DNA of 64,000 nucleotides from Clostridiaceae bacterium (GTDB lineage Bacteria; Bacillota; Clostridia; Saccharofermentanales; DTU023): NCBI GenBank assembly GCA_012841145.1, contig DUVH01000009.1, positions 25,296 to 89,295 of the forward strand, read 5' to 3'. Shown piece by piece: positions 53,942 to 64,000 of this stretch (position 1 is its first letter; each line of letters starts with the position of its first letter). The notes under the pieces were generated by a model. It saw only the letters and a program-made list of their open reading frames with translations, ran no database searches and was not told where the DNA came from. The position numbers and the translations under genes were made by a program.

Positions 53942-56602
53942 ATGAAAAAAATTGACGCTATCGATAGAACATTCGATCCTCAAATTGAGGAGCCGATCAT
54001 TTATAAGGAGTGGTTAGATCGAGACGCTTTCCGCGCTGAATCTCCATCGGAGAAAGAGCCGTTTACAATCGTCATGCCGCCTCCCAACATTACGGGTGAG
54101 CTTCATATGGGTCACGCGATCGATAACACGCTTCAGGATGTCCTGATCCGTTATCATAGAATGCGCGGAAAGAACGCTTTGTATCTTCCCGGTACCGATC
54201 ACGCGTCGATCGCAACGGAGGCCCTTGTTGTTCAGGAACTGGACAAGGAAGGCCTTACGAAGGAAGAGCTTGGGCGTGAGAAGTTCCTTGAGTATTGCTG
54301 GTCGTGGAAAGATATCTATTATGCACGTATTACCGGTCAGCAGAAGAGACTCGGTTTGTCATGTGATTGGTCACGCCAACGTTTCACGATGGATGAGGGA
54401 CTCTCAAGGGCTGTTCTACGCGTTTTTAAGGATTTGTACGACGAGGGATTGATCTATCGCGGTGAGCGTATGATCAACTGGTGTCCGTCGTGCCTGACAT
54501 CAATTTCCGATATTGAAGTTGAACACGAGGAGAAAGAAGCTTCACTGTATACTGTTCGCTATCCTTTCGCTGATGGGGACGGCGCGATCGAAATTGCGAC
54601 GACACGCCCGGAGACAATGCTCGGCGACACGGCCGTCGCTGTGCATCCCGATGATGAAGGTCGAAATCACTTCGTCGGACGCTTGGTACATCTTCCGTTA
54701 ACTGATCGTGATATTCCGATCATTGCCGATTCCTATGTCGATCCCGAATTCGGGACGGGATACGTCAAGATAACGCCTGCACACGACCCGAACGACTACG
54801 AAATCGGATTGCGCCATAATCTTCCCTCAATTGATATTTTGACGGACGATGCACGCATGACGGACGAGTGCGGTCCCTATGCCGGGATGACGACGCAGGA
54901 GGCGCGCCGTGCCGTCGTGAATGATCTGGAAGAACAGGGATACCTCGTCAAAATTGAACCGATGCGTCATAACATCGGCACATGTCAACGCTGTGATACG
55001 ATCGTCGAGCCGAAAATATCGCTTCAATGGTTCGTAAAAATGGAGCCTCTCGCCGGACCTGCGATCGAAGCCGTCCGCAAGGGCGACACGGAGTTTGTAC
55101 CCGACCATTTCAAGAAAATATATTTCAACTGGATGGAGGGGATCCGCGACTGGTGCATCTCGCGTCAGCTCTGGTGGGGGCACCGCATTCCCGTATGGTA
55201 TTGCGAAGATTGCGATGAGATCATCGTCGCCGAGAAGACTCCCAATAAGTGCCCGTCTTGCGGCGGTATACGTTTAAAGCAGGATGAAGATACGCTCGAT
55301 ACGTGGTTTTCATCGGCGCTTTGGGCTTTCTCGACGCTCGGATGGCCGGAAGAAACGGACGATTTCAAAACATTCTATCCGACAGACGTCCTCGTAACGG
55401 GTTACGATATCATCTTCTTCTGGGTCGCGAGGATGATCTTTTCATCGATCCACAACACCGGTAAAACGCCTTTCCGTTACGTCTTGATCCATGGGATGGT
55501 CCGCGATGAGTTCGGGCGAAAAATGTCGAAGTCGCTCGGCAACGGCGTTAATCCGCTTGATGTCATTGATCAGTACGGAGCAGATGCCCTGCGTTACGGC
55601 CTGATGGTCGGTACGACACCCGGAAAAGACTTGCGCTGCCGTGACGAGAAGTTTGAAAACGGGAGAAATTTCATCAACAAGGTCTGGAACGCCTTTCGCT
55701 TCATTGTGATGAATCTCGATGAAGACCTCGAATTTTCCGATGTTTCTGACGGCGATTTTACGATTGAAGACCGCTGGATCATGTCGGAGCTGAAAGAGAC
55801 GATCAAGGCTCTCTCCGATAATCTTGACGCGATGGAACTCGGCATGGCTCAGGATAAGATTTATTCGTTCCTTTGGGATTATTTCTGTGACTGGTATATC
55901 GAGCTTGTCAAAGAACGTTTGCGCGAAGGCGGTAGCACCGGGAGAGCGGCTCAGTCAGTCTTATACCGTGTCTTCTCAGATTCGCTTAAATTGTTGCACC
56001 CGTTTATGCCGTTTGTTACGGAGCGCATTTACGGTATTCTGCATGAAGGAAAATTGCTTGTACTTGAGGAATGGCCGGATGTTGATCAGTATCGTCTCGA
56101 TGACGACGCCGTAAAGACGATGACGAGTCTTGTCAGCGCTATTCGCGGTGTCAGGACTCTCCGTGCAGAGTACAAGATCGCTCCTGCACGTCGTTTCGCC
56201 GCAAGTTTCCGAGCTGACGACAGCGCGCTCGTCTCGAGACTTCGGGATGGCCTGCCTACATTATCTAGGCTCGCGGGCATTTCATCGCTCAATCTGATTG
56301 ATGACGGTGAATCGTTCGATGAAGAAGACGTGACGGTTATTTTCACGGGTGGGGAAATTGCCATTCCTCTACGTGAGCTCGTCGATGTTGAGGAAGAACT
56401 TGAACGAATGCAAAAGGAAGAGGCACGCCTGAAACAGGAAATCGCACGTGCGGAGAAGATGCTCGGCAATCCTAATTTCACTGGGAAAGCGCCTGCACAT
56501 GTCGTCGATGCGCAACGTGAGAAGAAAGCACAATATGAGGATCAGCTGGACAGTTTGGGCGTTCAGCTGGAACGTCTCAAGCGCTTGTCTCTTGAGGCAT
56601 AG
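53942..56602 (+). CDS. valS: Valine--tRNA ligase
   Basis: PPPNITGELHMGHA (HIGH), KMSKSLGN (KMSKS), C-terminal coiled coil. ATG 53942 preferred. Confidence 0.95.
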   Translation: MKKIDAIDRTFDPQIEEPIIYKEWLDRDAFRAESPSEKEPFTIVMPPPNITGELHMGHAIDNTLQDVLIRYHRMRGKNALYLPGTDHASIATEALVVQELDKEGLTKEELGREKFLEYCWSWKDIYYARITGQQKRLGLSCDWSRQRFTMDEGLSRAVLRVFKDLYDEGLIYRGERMINWCPSCLTSISDIEVEHEEKEASLYTVRYPFADGDGAIEIATTRPETMLGDTAVAVHPDDEGRNHFVGRLVHLPLTDRDIPIIADSYVDPEFGTGYVKITPAHDPNDYEIGLRHNLPSIDILTDDARMTDECGPYAGMTTQEARRAVVNDLEEQGYLVKIEPMRHNIGTCQRCDTIVEPKISLQWFVKMEPLAGPAIEAVRKGDTEFVPDHFKKIYFNWMEGIRDWCISRQLWWGHRIPVWYCEDCDEIIVAEKTPNKCPSCGGIRLKQDEDTLDTWFSSALWAFSTLGWPEETDDFKTFYPTDVLVTGYDIIFFWVARMIFSSIHNTGKTPFRYVLIHGMVRDEFGRKMSKSLGNGVNPLDVIDQYGADALRYGLMVGTTPGKDLRCRDEKFENGRNFINKVWNAFRFIVMNLDEDLEFSDVSDGDFTIEDRWIMSELKETIKALSDNLDAMELGMAQDKIYSFLWDYFCDWYIELVKERLREGGSTGRAAQSVLYRVFSDSLKLLHPFMPFVTERIYGILHEGKLLVLEEWPDVDQYRLDDDAVKTMTSLVSAIRGVRTLRAEYKIAPARRFAASFRADDSALVSRLRDGLPTLSRLAGISSLNLIDDGESFDEEDVTVIFTGGEIAIPLRELVDVEEELERMQKEEARLKQEIARAEKMLGNPNFTGKAPAHVVDAQREKKAQYEDQLDSLGVQLERLKRLSLEA

Positions 56603-56686
56603 AAAGATTTACCTGCTGTCTCGGCAGGTGCTATACTTGATCTACGGATATACGCGACCTTCGAGTCGCGTGGAAAGGAAATAATC

Positions 56687-57628
56687 ATGCCTTTAGTCAA
56701 CACAAAAAAAATGTTTGAAGAAGCGTATGAAGGCGGTTATGCCATAGGCGCTTTCAACGTCAACAACATGGAAATTATTCAGGGGATCGTCAACGCGGCG
56801 AACAAGCTGCGAGCACCGCTTATTTTGCAGGTATCGGCAGGTGCGAGGCGCTACGCAAATCAGACGTATCTTCTCAAACTTGTCGAGGCTGCGATGATCG
56901 AGTCTGGATTGCCTATCGCATTGCATCTCGACCACGGTGACTCTTTTGAACTATGTAAAGATTGTATCGACGGAGGATTTACCTCCGTGATGATCGACGG
57001 GTCGCATCTGCCGTTTGAGGAGAACATCGAACTGACGCGTCGCGTCGTAGACTATGCGCATAGCCATGACCCGATGATCGTCGTCGAGGCCGAACTCGGC
57101 CGCCTTGAGGGCATTGAGGATGATGTCGTCGTCAGCGCCGAGGACGCGTCCTATACGGATCCCGACGAAGTCGAAGAGTTCGTCGCTCGAACAGGCTGTG
57201 ACTCTTTGGCGATCGCGATCGGCACCAGTCACGGTGCGTACAAATTCAAACCCGGACAAAAGCCGCAGCTCCGTTTCGACATACTTGAAGAAATAGAGCG
57301 ACGTTTACCCGGTTTCCCCATCGTTCTGCACGGAGCTAGTTCCGTTATTCCCGAATACGTCGATACGATCAATCGTTACGGCGGTTCCATGCCCGACGCT
57401 ATCGGTATCCCTGAGGATATGTTGCGTAAAGCGGCAGGTATGGCCGTATGCAAGATTAATATCGACAGTGATTTGCGTCTGGCAATGACGGCATCTGTTC
57501 GTAAGTATCTGGCTGAGAACCCGGCAGATTTCGATCCGCGCAAATATCTCGGCCCGGCAAGAGATGCCATTGAGGAGATTGTCGCTCATAAGATCACAAA
57601 CGTTTTAGGGTGTGACGGCAAAGCGTAA
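56687..57628 (+). CDS. fba: Class II fructose-1,6-bisphosphate aldolase
   Basis: GYAIGAFNVNNME, LHLDHG, GTSHGAYKF, VLHGASS motifs. Confidence 0.9.
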   Translation: MPLVNTKKMFEEAYEGGYAIGAFNVNNMEIIQGIVNAANKLRAPLILQVSAGARRYANQTYLLKLVEAAMIESGLPIALHLDHGDSFELCKDCIDGGFTSVMIDGSHLPFEENIELTRRVVDYAHSHDPMIVVEAELGRLEGIEDDVVVSAEDASYTDPDEVEEFVARTGCDSLAIAIGTSHGAYKFKPGQKPQLRFDILEEIERRLPGFPIVLHGASSVIPEYVDTINRYGGSMPDAIGIPEDMLRKAAGMAVCKINIDSDLRLAMTASVRKYLAENPADFDPRKYLGPARDAIEEIVAHKITNVLGCDGKA

Positions 57629-60135
<2,507 letters not shown>

Positions 60136-60236
60136 TCAATTGAAAAGATCGTAAGCGTGTCCGTGAATTTTTGATCGGAGCGAAAATTTCAGTATTTTCC
60201 GCCTCTACAATAAAACGGAGAGGAGGGGCGGAGGAG

Positions 60237-60902
60237 ATGACTCGAGATCAATCGATTCGTTCAGATATGAAGTCGGAGCTGACGGAACAGCGCAATAGGC
60301 CGAAAGACGAGTTCGGTTTTTATTTAGTCGCCTCCAATCGGGAACTCCTCAATCATGTCGAAAAATTAATGAATCGGCAGGGACTTTTCGGCGTGATGGA
60401 TTCTTCCGGGAGAGTTCATTATCTGGTCGACGGTCGTAAAGGCTCTCCTTACGCCGCGCGCAAAGTCTTGGCAACGGCGGAGAATCTAATCGCGGAGCAA
60501 ACACTTCATGAGCATCATCATCAGGCAGAAGTGCATCTGGCGGTTGACAATGTCTTGGAGCGATATGCATTCAATTTTCATCTGCGCGGCTATCGGCTTC
60601 TTCAGGAGATGATGCGCGTGATCGCGGGCGACGTTTCGCTTCTCAATCCGATCAGCAAACGTCTATACCCGATAATTGCCGAAAAATACAAGATGACGCC
60701 TTATCAGGTTGAAAGAAATGTGCGTTATTTGTTCGACGACCTCGCAATGCGTGAAATGCAGACGCTTGAAGATGGAGAGTATCTGCCGTTTAGATTGCTT
60801 CGGGAGCGCGATGTAAGTCTGCCCGTCGCGCGCACCATTGTGAGATTAGCAGAGATGGTCGCCGATCATCTTGTACGTTCAGAGATGTTCGGTAAGCATT
60901 GA
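60237..60902 (+). CDS. Spo0A C-terminal (DNA-binding) domain protein lacking a receiver domain
   Basis: HLRGYRLLQEMMRVIAGDVSLLNPISKRLYPIIAEKYKMTPYQVERNVRY parallels B. subtilis Spo0A HIKGYLYLREAI...[26 protein letters not shown]. The N-terminal ~100 aa are not a REC domain. ATG 60237 (GGAGG upstream) preferred over 60171. Confidence 0.75.
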   Translation: MTRDQSIRSDMKSELTEQRNRPKDEFGFYLVASNRELLNHVEKLMNRQGLFGVMDSSGRVHYLVDGRKGSPYAARKVLATAENLIAEQTLHEHHHQAEVHLAVDNVLERYAFNFHLRGYRLLQEMMRVIAGDVSLLNPISKRLYPIIAEKYKMTPYQVERNVRYLFDDLAMREMQTLEDGEYLPFRLLRERDVSLPVARTIVRLAEMVADHLVRSEMFGKH

Positions 60903-60928
60903 GCTCCGCAATTGCTGCGAAATGAAGC

Positions 60929-60952
60929 GAGGGCTATCGACCGACAGCCCTC
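60929..60952. terminator. Hairpin between convergent Spo0A_C-like gene and hup
   Basis: 7-bp stem GAGGGCT / AGCCCTC with a 10-nt loop. Flanking T-runs are poor. Confidence 0.3.
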
Positions 60953-60978
60953 ACGGTAAGCCAAAATAAGAATTTCGA

Positions 60979-61254
60979 TTACTTGTTCACCTGGATTTTC
61001 AGGTTTTTACCGGCTTTGAACGCCGGCGCTTTCGTTGCGGGGATAAGGATCTCTTCCTTGGTGCTCGGATTGCGACCTTTGCGTGCGGCACGATGGCGAA
61101 CCTCAAAGGTTCCGAAGCCGACAAGAACGACTTTCTCATCTTTTGCAAGCTGTTCGGTGATGACGTCAAAAACTGCTGTGACGGCCTTTTCACTGTCTTT
61201 TTTTGTCAGTTGCGTTTTCTCCGCCACTGCGTTGATCAGTTCACTTTTGTTCAT
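60979..61254 (-). CDS. hup: DNA-binding protein HU
   Basis: [25 protein letters not shown]...[38 protein letters not shown] is a full-length HU signature. Confidence 0.95.
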   Translation of the reverse strand: MNKSELINAVAEKTQLTKKDSEKAVTAVFDVITEQLAKDEKVVLVGFGTFEVRHRAARKGRNPSTKEEILIPATKAPAFKAGKNLKIQVNK

Positions 61255-61285
61255 TCATTAGCCTCCTTCTGGCAATTCTTTGCCT

Positions 61286-61314
61286 ATTATCACGATCAAA
61301 TGGCGTCTTGTCAA
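61286..61314 (-). promoter_or_regulatory. hup promoter
   Basis: Minus strand: TTGACA, 17 nt, GATAAT. GGAGG lies 7 nt before the hup ATG. Confidence 0.6.
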
Positions 61315-61546
61315 GGGTTTGGCGTCTTTTGTCGTCGCCGGAAGTCATTTTTAGCGGTAAAAAAGCGGCCTTTTCAATGAAAAAGGCGATATAATAACGT
61401 GACCGGCCAATTGAGCGGCACGCCGCACGAATGGTACGTAAGGACTCTCAATGCGCCGTTATGCTTGCATGTCGCGTCGCCTTGCTGTACCATACCAACA
61501 GAAATAGACGTTCATCGGTTACATGATATAGAGAAGGAATTGGTTT

Positions 61547-61762
61547 ATGAAAGTTACGAAAGATACGCTGATCATCGACATCATTCGAATTGACCGTAAT
61601 CTTGCAGGTCTCTTGATGGGGCACGGTCTGCATTGTGTCGGTTGTATGATGGCAAACAATGAGACACTGGAAGAAGCCTGTCAAGTTCACGACATTGATG
61701 TGGATTTTCTCCTGAATGATATCAACACGTACCTCAGCTCCATTCAGGCCCTGAAAGATTAA
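61547..61762 (+). CDS. DUF1858-domain protein (hybrid-cluster-protein-associated redox disulfide type)
   Basis: 71 aa with IIDIIRIDRNLAGLLMGHGLHCVGC...TLEEAC, i.e. the CxxC-bearing DUF1858 pattern. Confidence 0.65.
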   Translation: MKVTKDTLIIDIIRIDRNLAGLLMGHGLHCVGCMMANNETLEEACQVHDIDVDFLLNDINTYLSSIQALKD

Positions 61763-61829
61763 ATATGGCACTCCGTTAGCGATAACACCTTTGTTTAGCT
61801 TGCGAAAAGATGAGTTTTTTCTAGAATAG

Positions 61830-63806
61830 ATGGATAACAATCAACCCCGTACAACAACTCGTCATTTAACGCCGCGCAAAGCGTTCTTGATCGCCTTTGA
61901 TGCCGCGTCAACTGTTATCGCGGCTCTGTTGTCGCTTTTACTCATTTTTGAAGGGGTAGTCCCCGCGCGTTATTGGGGACAGTTTAAAGATACGTGGTTT
62001 GTTTTTGTTCTGATCGGTCTCGTCGTATTTCCGCTTTTCGGATTCTACACTCAGATGTGGGCGTTTGCGCGCGGCACTCAGTATTTGATACTTTTTGCCG
62101 GGACGACGGCCCATCTTTTCCTGTCCGTACTCGTGTTCCAGCTGATGGAGCGCAATTACACGCTTCCCACGTATATCTTGTTTTGGTTTCTCTTGACGGG
62201 CGCCGTGACGGCGATTCGTCTTTTATACCGGTTTTATCAGTCACATCGACTGGTGAGGCGTTCGAGAAGGCGGTCAAAGGGAAACGAGAGAATACGCGTC
62301 ATGATTGTCGGAGCCGGCGCTGCCGGAAGCCAAATCATTGTCGAGCTGAAGACTGCTCAGAGCAGAAGGATTCCCGTCTGTGCCGTCGATGACAATGTTC
62401 TCACGCACCATTATAGAAACAACGGCGTGCCGGTTCTCGGCGATCGCCACGATATTGAGAGACTGGCACATGAGATGCGTATTGACGAGATCATCGTCGC
62501 CATCCCTTCCGCTTCGAGTGAGACGATCCGCAACATCTTGGAGATTTGCCATCGTACTGATTGCCGTGTCAGAATCCTGCCTTTTTTTACCGAACTCGAT
62601 GGCGGGAAAGTCCACCTGTCCGATGTTCGCGATATCCGAATTGACGACTTGCTCGGTCGCGAAGCAGTCGAGTATGACATGGACAAGGTCAGCGCATTCA
62701 TTCGAGATAAGACGGTTCTCGTTACAGGTGGAGGCGGTTCAATCGGCTCGGAACTTGCGACCCAGATTGCTTCATTTAAACCCGCCCTTCTCATCCTTTA
62801 TGACGTCTATGAAAACGGCGTCTACGAGCTGCAGCAGGATCTTTTCGAACGATATGGCAGACATCTCAATTTAAAAGTTCTCATCGGTTCGGTTCGAGAT
62901 TGCAAACGTATTGAACAATTGTTCCTTGAATACGCTCCCGATGTCGTCTTTCATGCGGCAGCTCACAAACATGTACCTCTCATGGAGGACAGCCCGGGCG
63001 AGGCGGTGAAGAACAACATCTACGGGACGTACAACGTCGCGCTGACGGCAGCACGGTGCGGTGTTCCGAGATTCGTTCTGATCTCAACGGATAAGGCCGT
63101 CAACCCGACGAATGTGATGGGAGCGAGTAAGAGACTGTGTGAAATTGTCATCATGGCGCTCGACAAGATTTGGAAAGATACTTCGTTTGCGGCCGTGCGA
63201 TTCGGCAATGTTCTGGGGAGCAGCGGCAGCGTTATTCCTCTCTTTGAAAAACAGATTAGACATCGTCATCCGGTGACGGTTACGCACCCTAAGGTCGAGC
63301 GCTACTTCATGACGATCCCCGAAGCTTCAAGTCTCGTGCTTCAGGCAGGTGCATACGCAAAAGGCGGTGAGATATTCGTTTTGGATATGGGCGATCCGGT
63401 CAGAATTGATAAGCTGGCCCGTGACATGATCCGAATCTCCGGTCTTGTGCCCGATGTCGATATACCGATTCAATATATTGGATTGCGACCTGGGGAAAAA
63501 ATGCGCGAAGAGCTATTCTTATCGGCTGAACAGTTCGTTCAGACAGACCACAAGAAGATCTTCAGTCTCACACAAGTTGACGATATGAAATATCTGAAGA
63601 AGGAAGTCGCCAAGCTCGAGAAGATTATCGGGGCGGACGAAGAGCTCGGACTATCGTGTTTCATGAAACAGCTTCTATCCGTTCTTGAGAGCTGCGGCGA
63701 CGTCAATGTTCAGGAGTCACGCGCTTCGCTCCCTGATGTTCCTTACGATCCGCATGTTGTTGCGGGACAATCGCTATCCGAGAATCGGCCTTACGAATCG
63801 GTATGA
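61830..63806 (+). CDS. capD: Membrane-bound polysaccharide biosynthesis protein CapD/PglF-like (nucleotide-sugar 4,6-dehydratase)
   Basis: Four N-terminal TM helices, Rossmann MIVGAGAAGS and VLVTGGGGSIGSEL, then the short-chain dehydratase core (STDKAVNPTNVMGASKR). Confidence 0.85.
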   Translation: MDNNQPRTTTRHLTPRKAFLIAFDAASTVIAALLSLLLIFEGVVPARYWGQFKDTWFVFVLIGLVVFPLFGFYTQMWAFARGTQYLILFAGTTAHLFLSVLVFQLMERNYTLPTYILFWFLLTGAVTAIRLLYRFYQSHRLVRRSRRRSKGNERIRVMIVGAGAAGSQIIVELKTAQSRRIPVCAVDDNVLTHHYRNNGVPVLGDRHDIERLAHEMRIDEIIVAIPSASSETIRNILEICHRTDCRVRILPFFTELDGGKVHLSDVRDIRIDDLLGREAVEYDMDKVSAFIRDKTVLVTGGGGSIGSELATQIASFKPALLILYDVYENGVYELQQDLFERYGRHLNLKVLIGSVRDCKRIEQLFLEYAPDVVFHAAAHKHVPLMEDSPGEAVKNNIYGTYNVALTAARCGVPRFVLISTDKAVNPTNVMGASKRLCEIVIMALDKIWKDTSFAAVRFGNVLGSSGSVIPLFEKQIRHRHPVTVTHPKVERYFMTIPEASSLVLQAGAYAKGGEIFVLDMGDPVRIDKLARDMIRISGLVPDVDIPIQYIGLRPGEKMREELFLSAEQFVQTDHKKIFSLTQVDDMKYLKKEVAKLEKIIGADEELGLSCFMKQLLSVLESCGDVNVQESRASLPDVPYDPHVVAGQSLSENRPYESV

Positions 63807-64000
63807 CTTTTTCTTCATACATGCATTTGGCGCGATACGGTATCTTCGTCGTCATCGCCGTTCCGTCCATTGTCCTTTTTTATCGCGCATTGCGATCGCT
63901 TCTTGCGAATTTGCGCAGCGCGACACGGCCTGTGACGGGTTTTTTCCTTCTCCTGTCAGATCCGCTTGAGCCTGAGTTCGTCGCTTCGTTACCCTTATTT
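63803..64000 (+). CDS. 5' end of a hypothetical membrane protein gene (runs off the window)
   Basis: ATG 63803 forms an ATGA overlap with the capD-like stop. The frame stays open to nt 64000 (MTFSSYMHLARYGIFVVIAVPSIVLFY...). No function inferred. Confidence 0.3.
   Translation, partial: MTFSSYMHLARYGIFVVIAVPSIVLFYRALRSLLANLRSATRPVTGFFLLLSDPLEPEFVASLPLF

Noticed and set aside
61448-61840. 130-aa minus-strand ORF antisense to the DUF1858 gene
   Set aside because: It has no motif and overlaps a plus-strand ORF with a recognisable CxxC DUF1858 pattern. It is probably spurious.

Overview
This 64-kb chromosomal window looks like a Firmicutes/Clostridia-type genome. I call about 45 protein genes and two tRNAs. 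I saw no rRNA, CRISPR array, transposase or integrase.

Core housekeeping blocks:
- 0-10.6 kb: lspA, rluD, two DUF881 genes, phoH, pgpH-like, a ybeY::era fusion, recO, sdaAB/sdaAA.
- 36.3-64 kb: murD, feoAB, uvrA, clpE-like, pgi, a TIGR03960/TIGR03936 radical-SAM pair, valS, fba, ligA, hup, capD-like.

The region between them is accessory-looking:
- (i) A PD-(D/E)XK + XPD/DinG-type helicase is translationally coupled to a licC-like gene.
- (ii) A phosphocholine/teichoic-acid-like envelope locus at 13.1-19.4 kb holds licC-like, licA-like, a YidC::TagF-type fusion and an LtaS-like sulfatase-fold protein.
- (iii) Two tandem paralogous LRR wall-anchored proteins at 19.6-24.3 kb show a mosaic of near-identical and diverged segments and share a duplicated 217-nt leader.
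- (iv) A peroxiredoxin follows, then a membrane Ser/Thr-kinase-like protein with an LRR ectodomain and a degenerate ATP-binding region (25.4-27.2 kb).
- (v) A markedly AT-rich block at 27.2-36.1 kb ends at the 3' end of tRNA-Leu(CAG). It encodes a 994-aa lipoprotein of no family I recognise, a C11 (clostripain-like) lipoprotein protease 3 nt downstream, and a heterodimeric ABC exporter with its own near-consensus promoter.

My best candidate for an undescribed system is the lipoprotein + C11 protease pair, possibly together with the ABC exporter and the adjacent LRR kinase/LRR adhesin genes. I read it as a surface-tethered pro-protein plus maturation protease on a tRNA-adjacent island. This is inference from domain motifs and context only.

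All family assignments come from motifs read by eye in the supplied translations. No database search was run.
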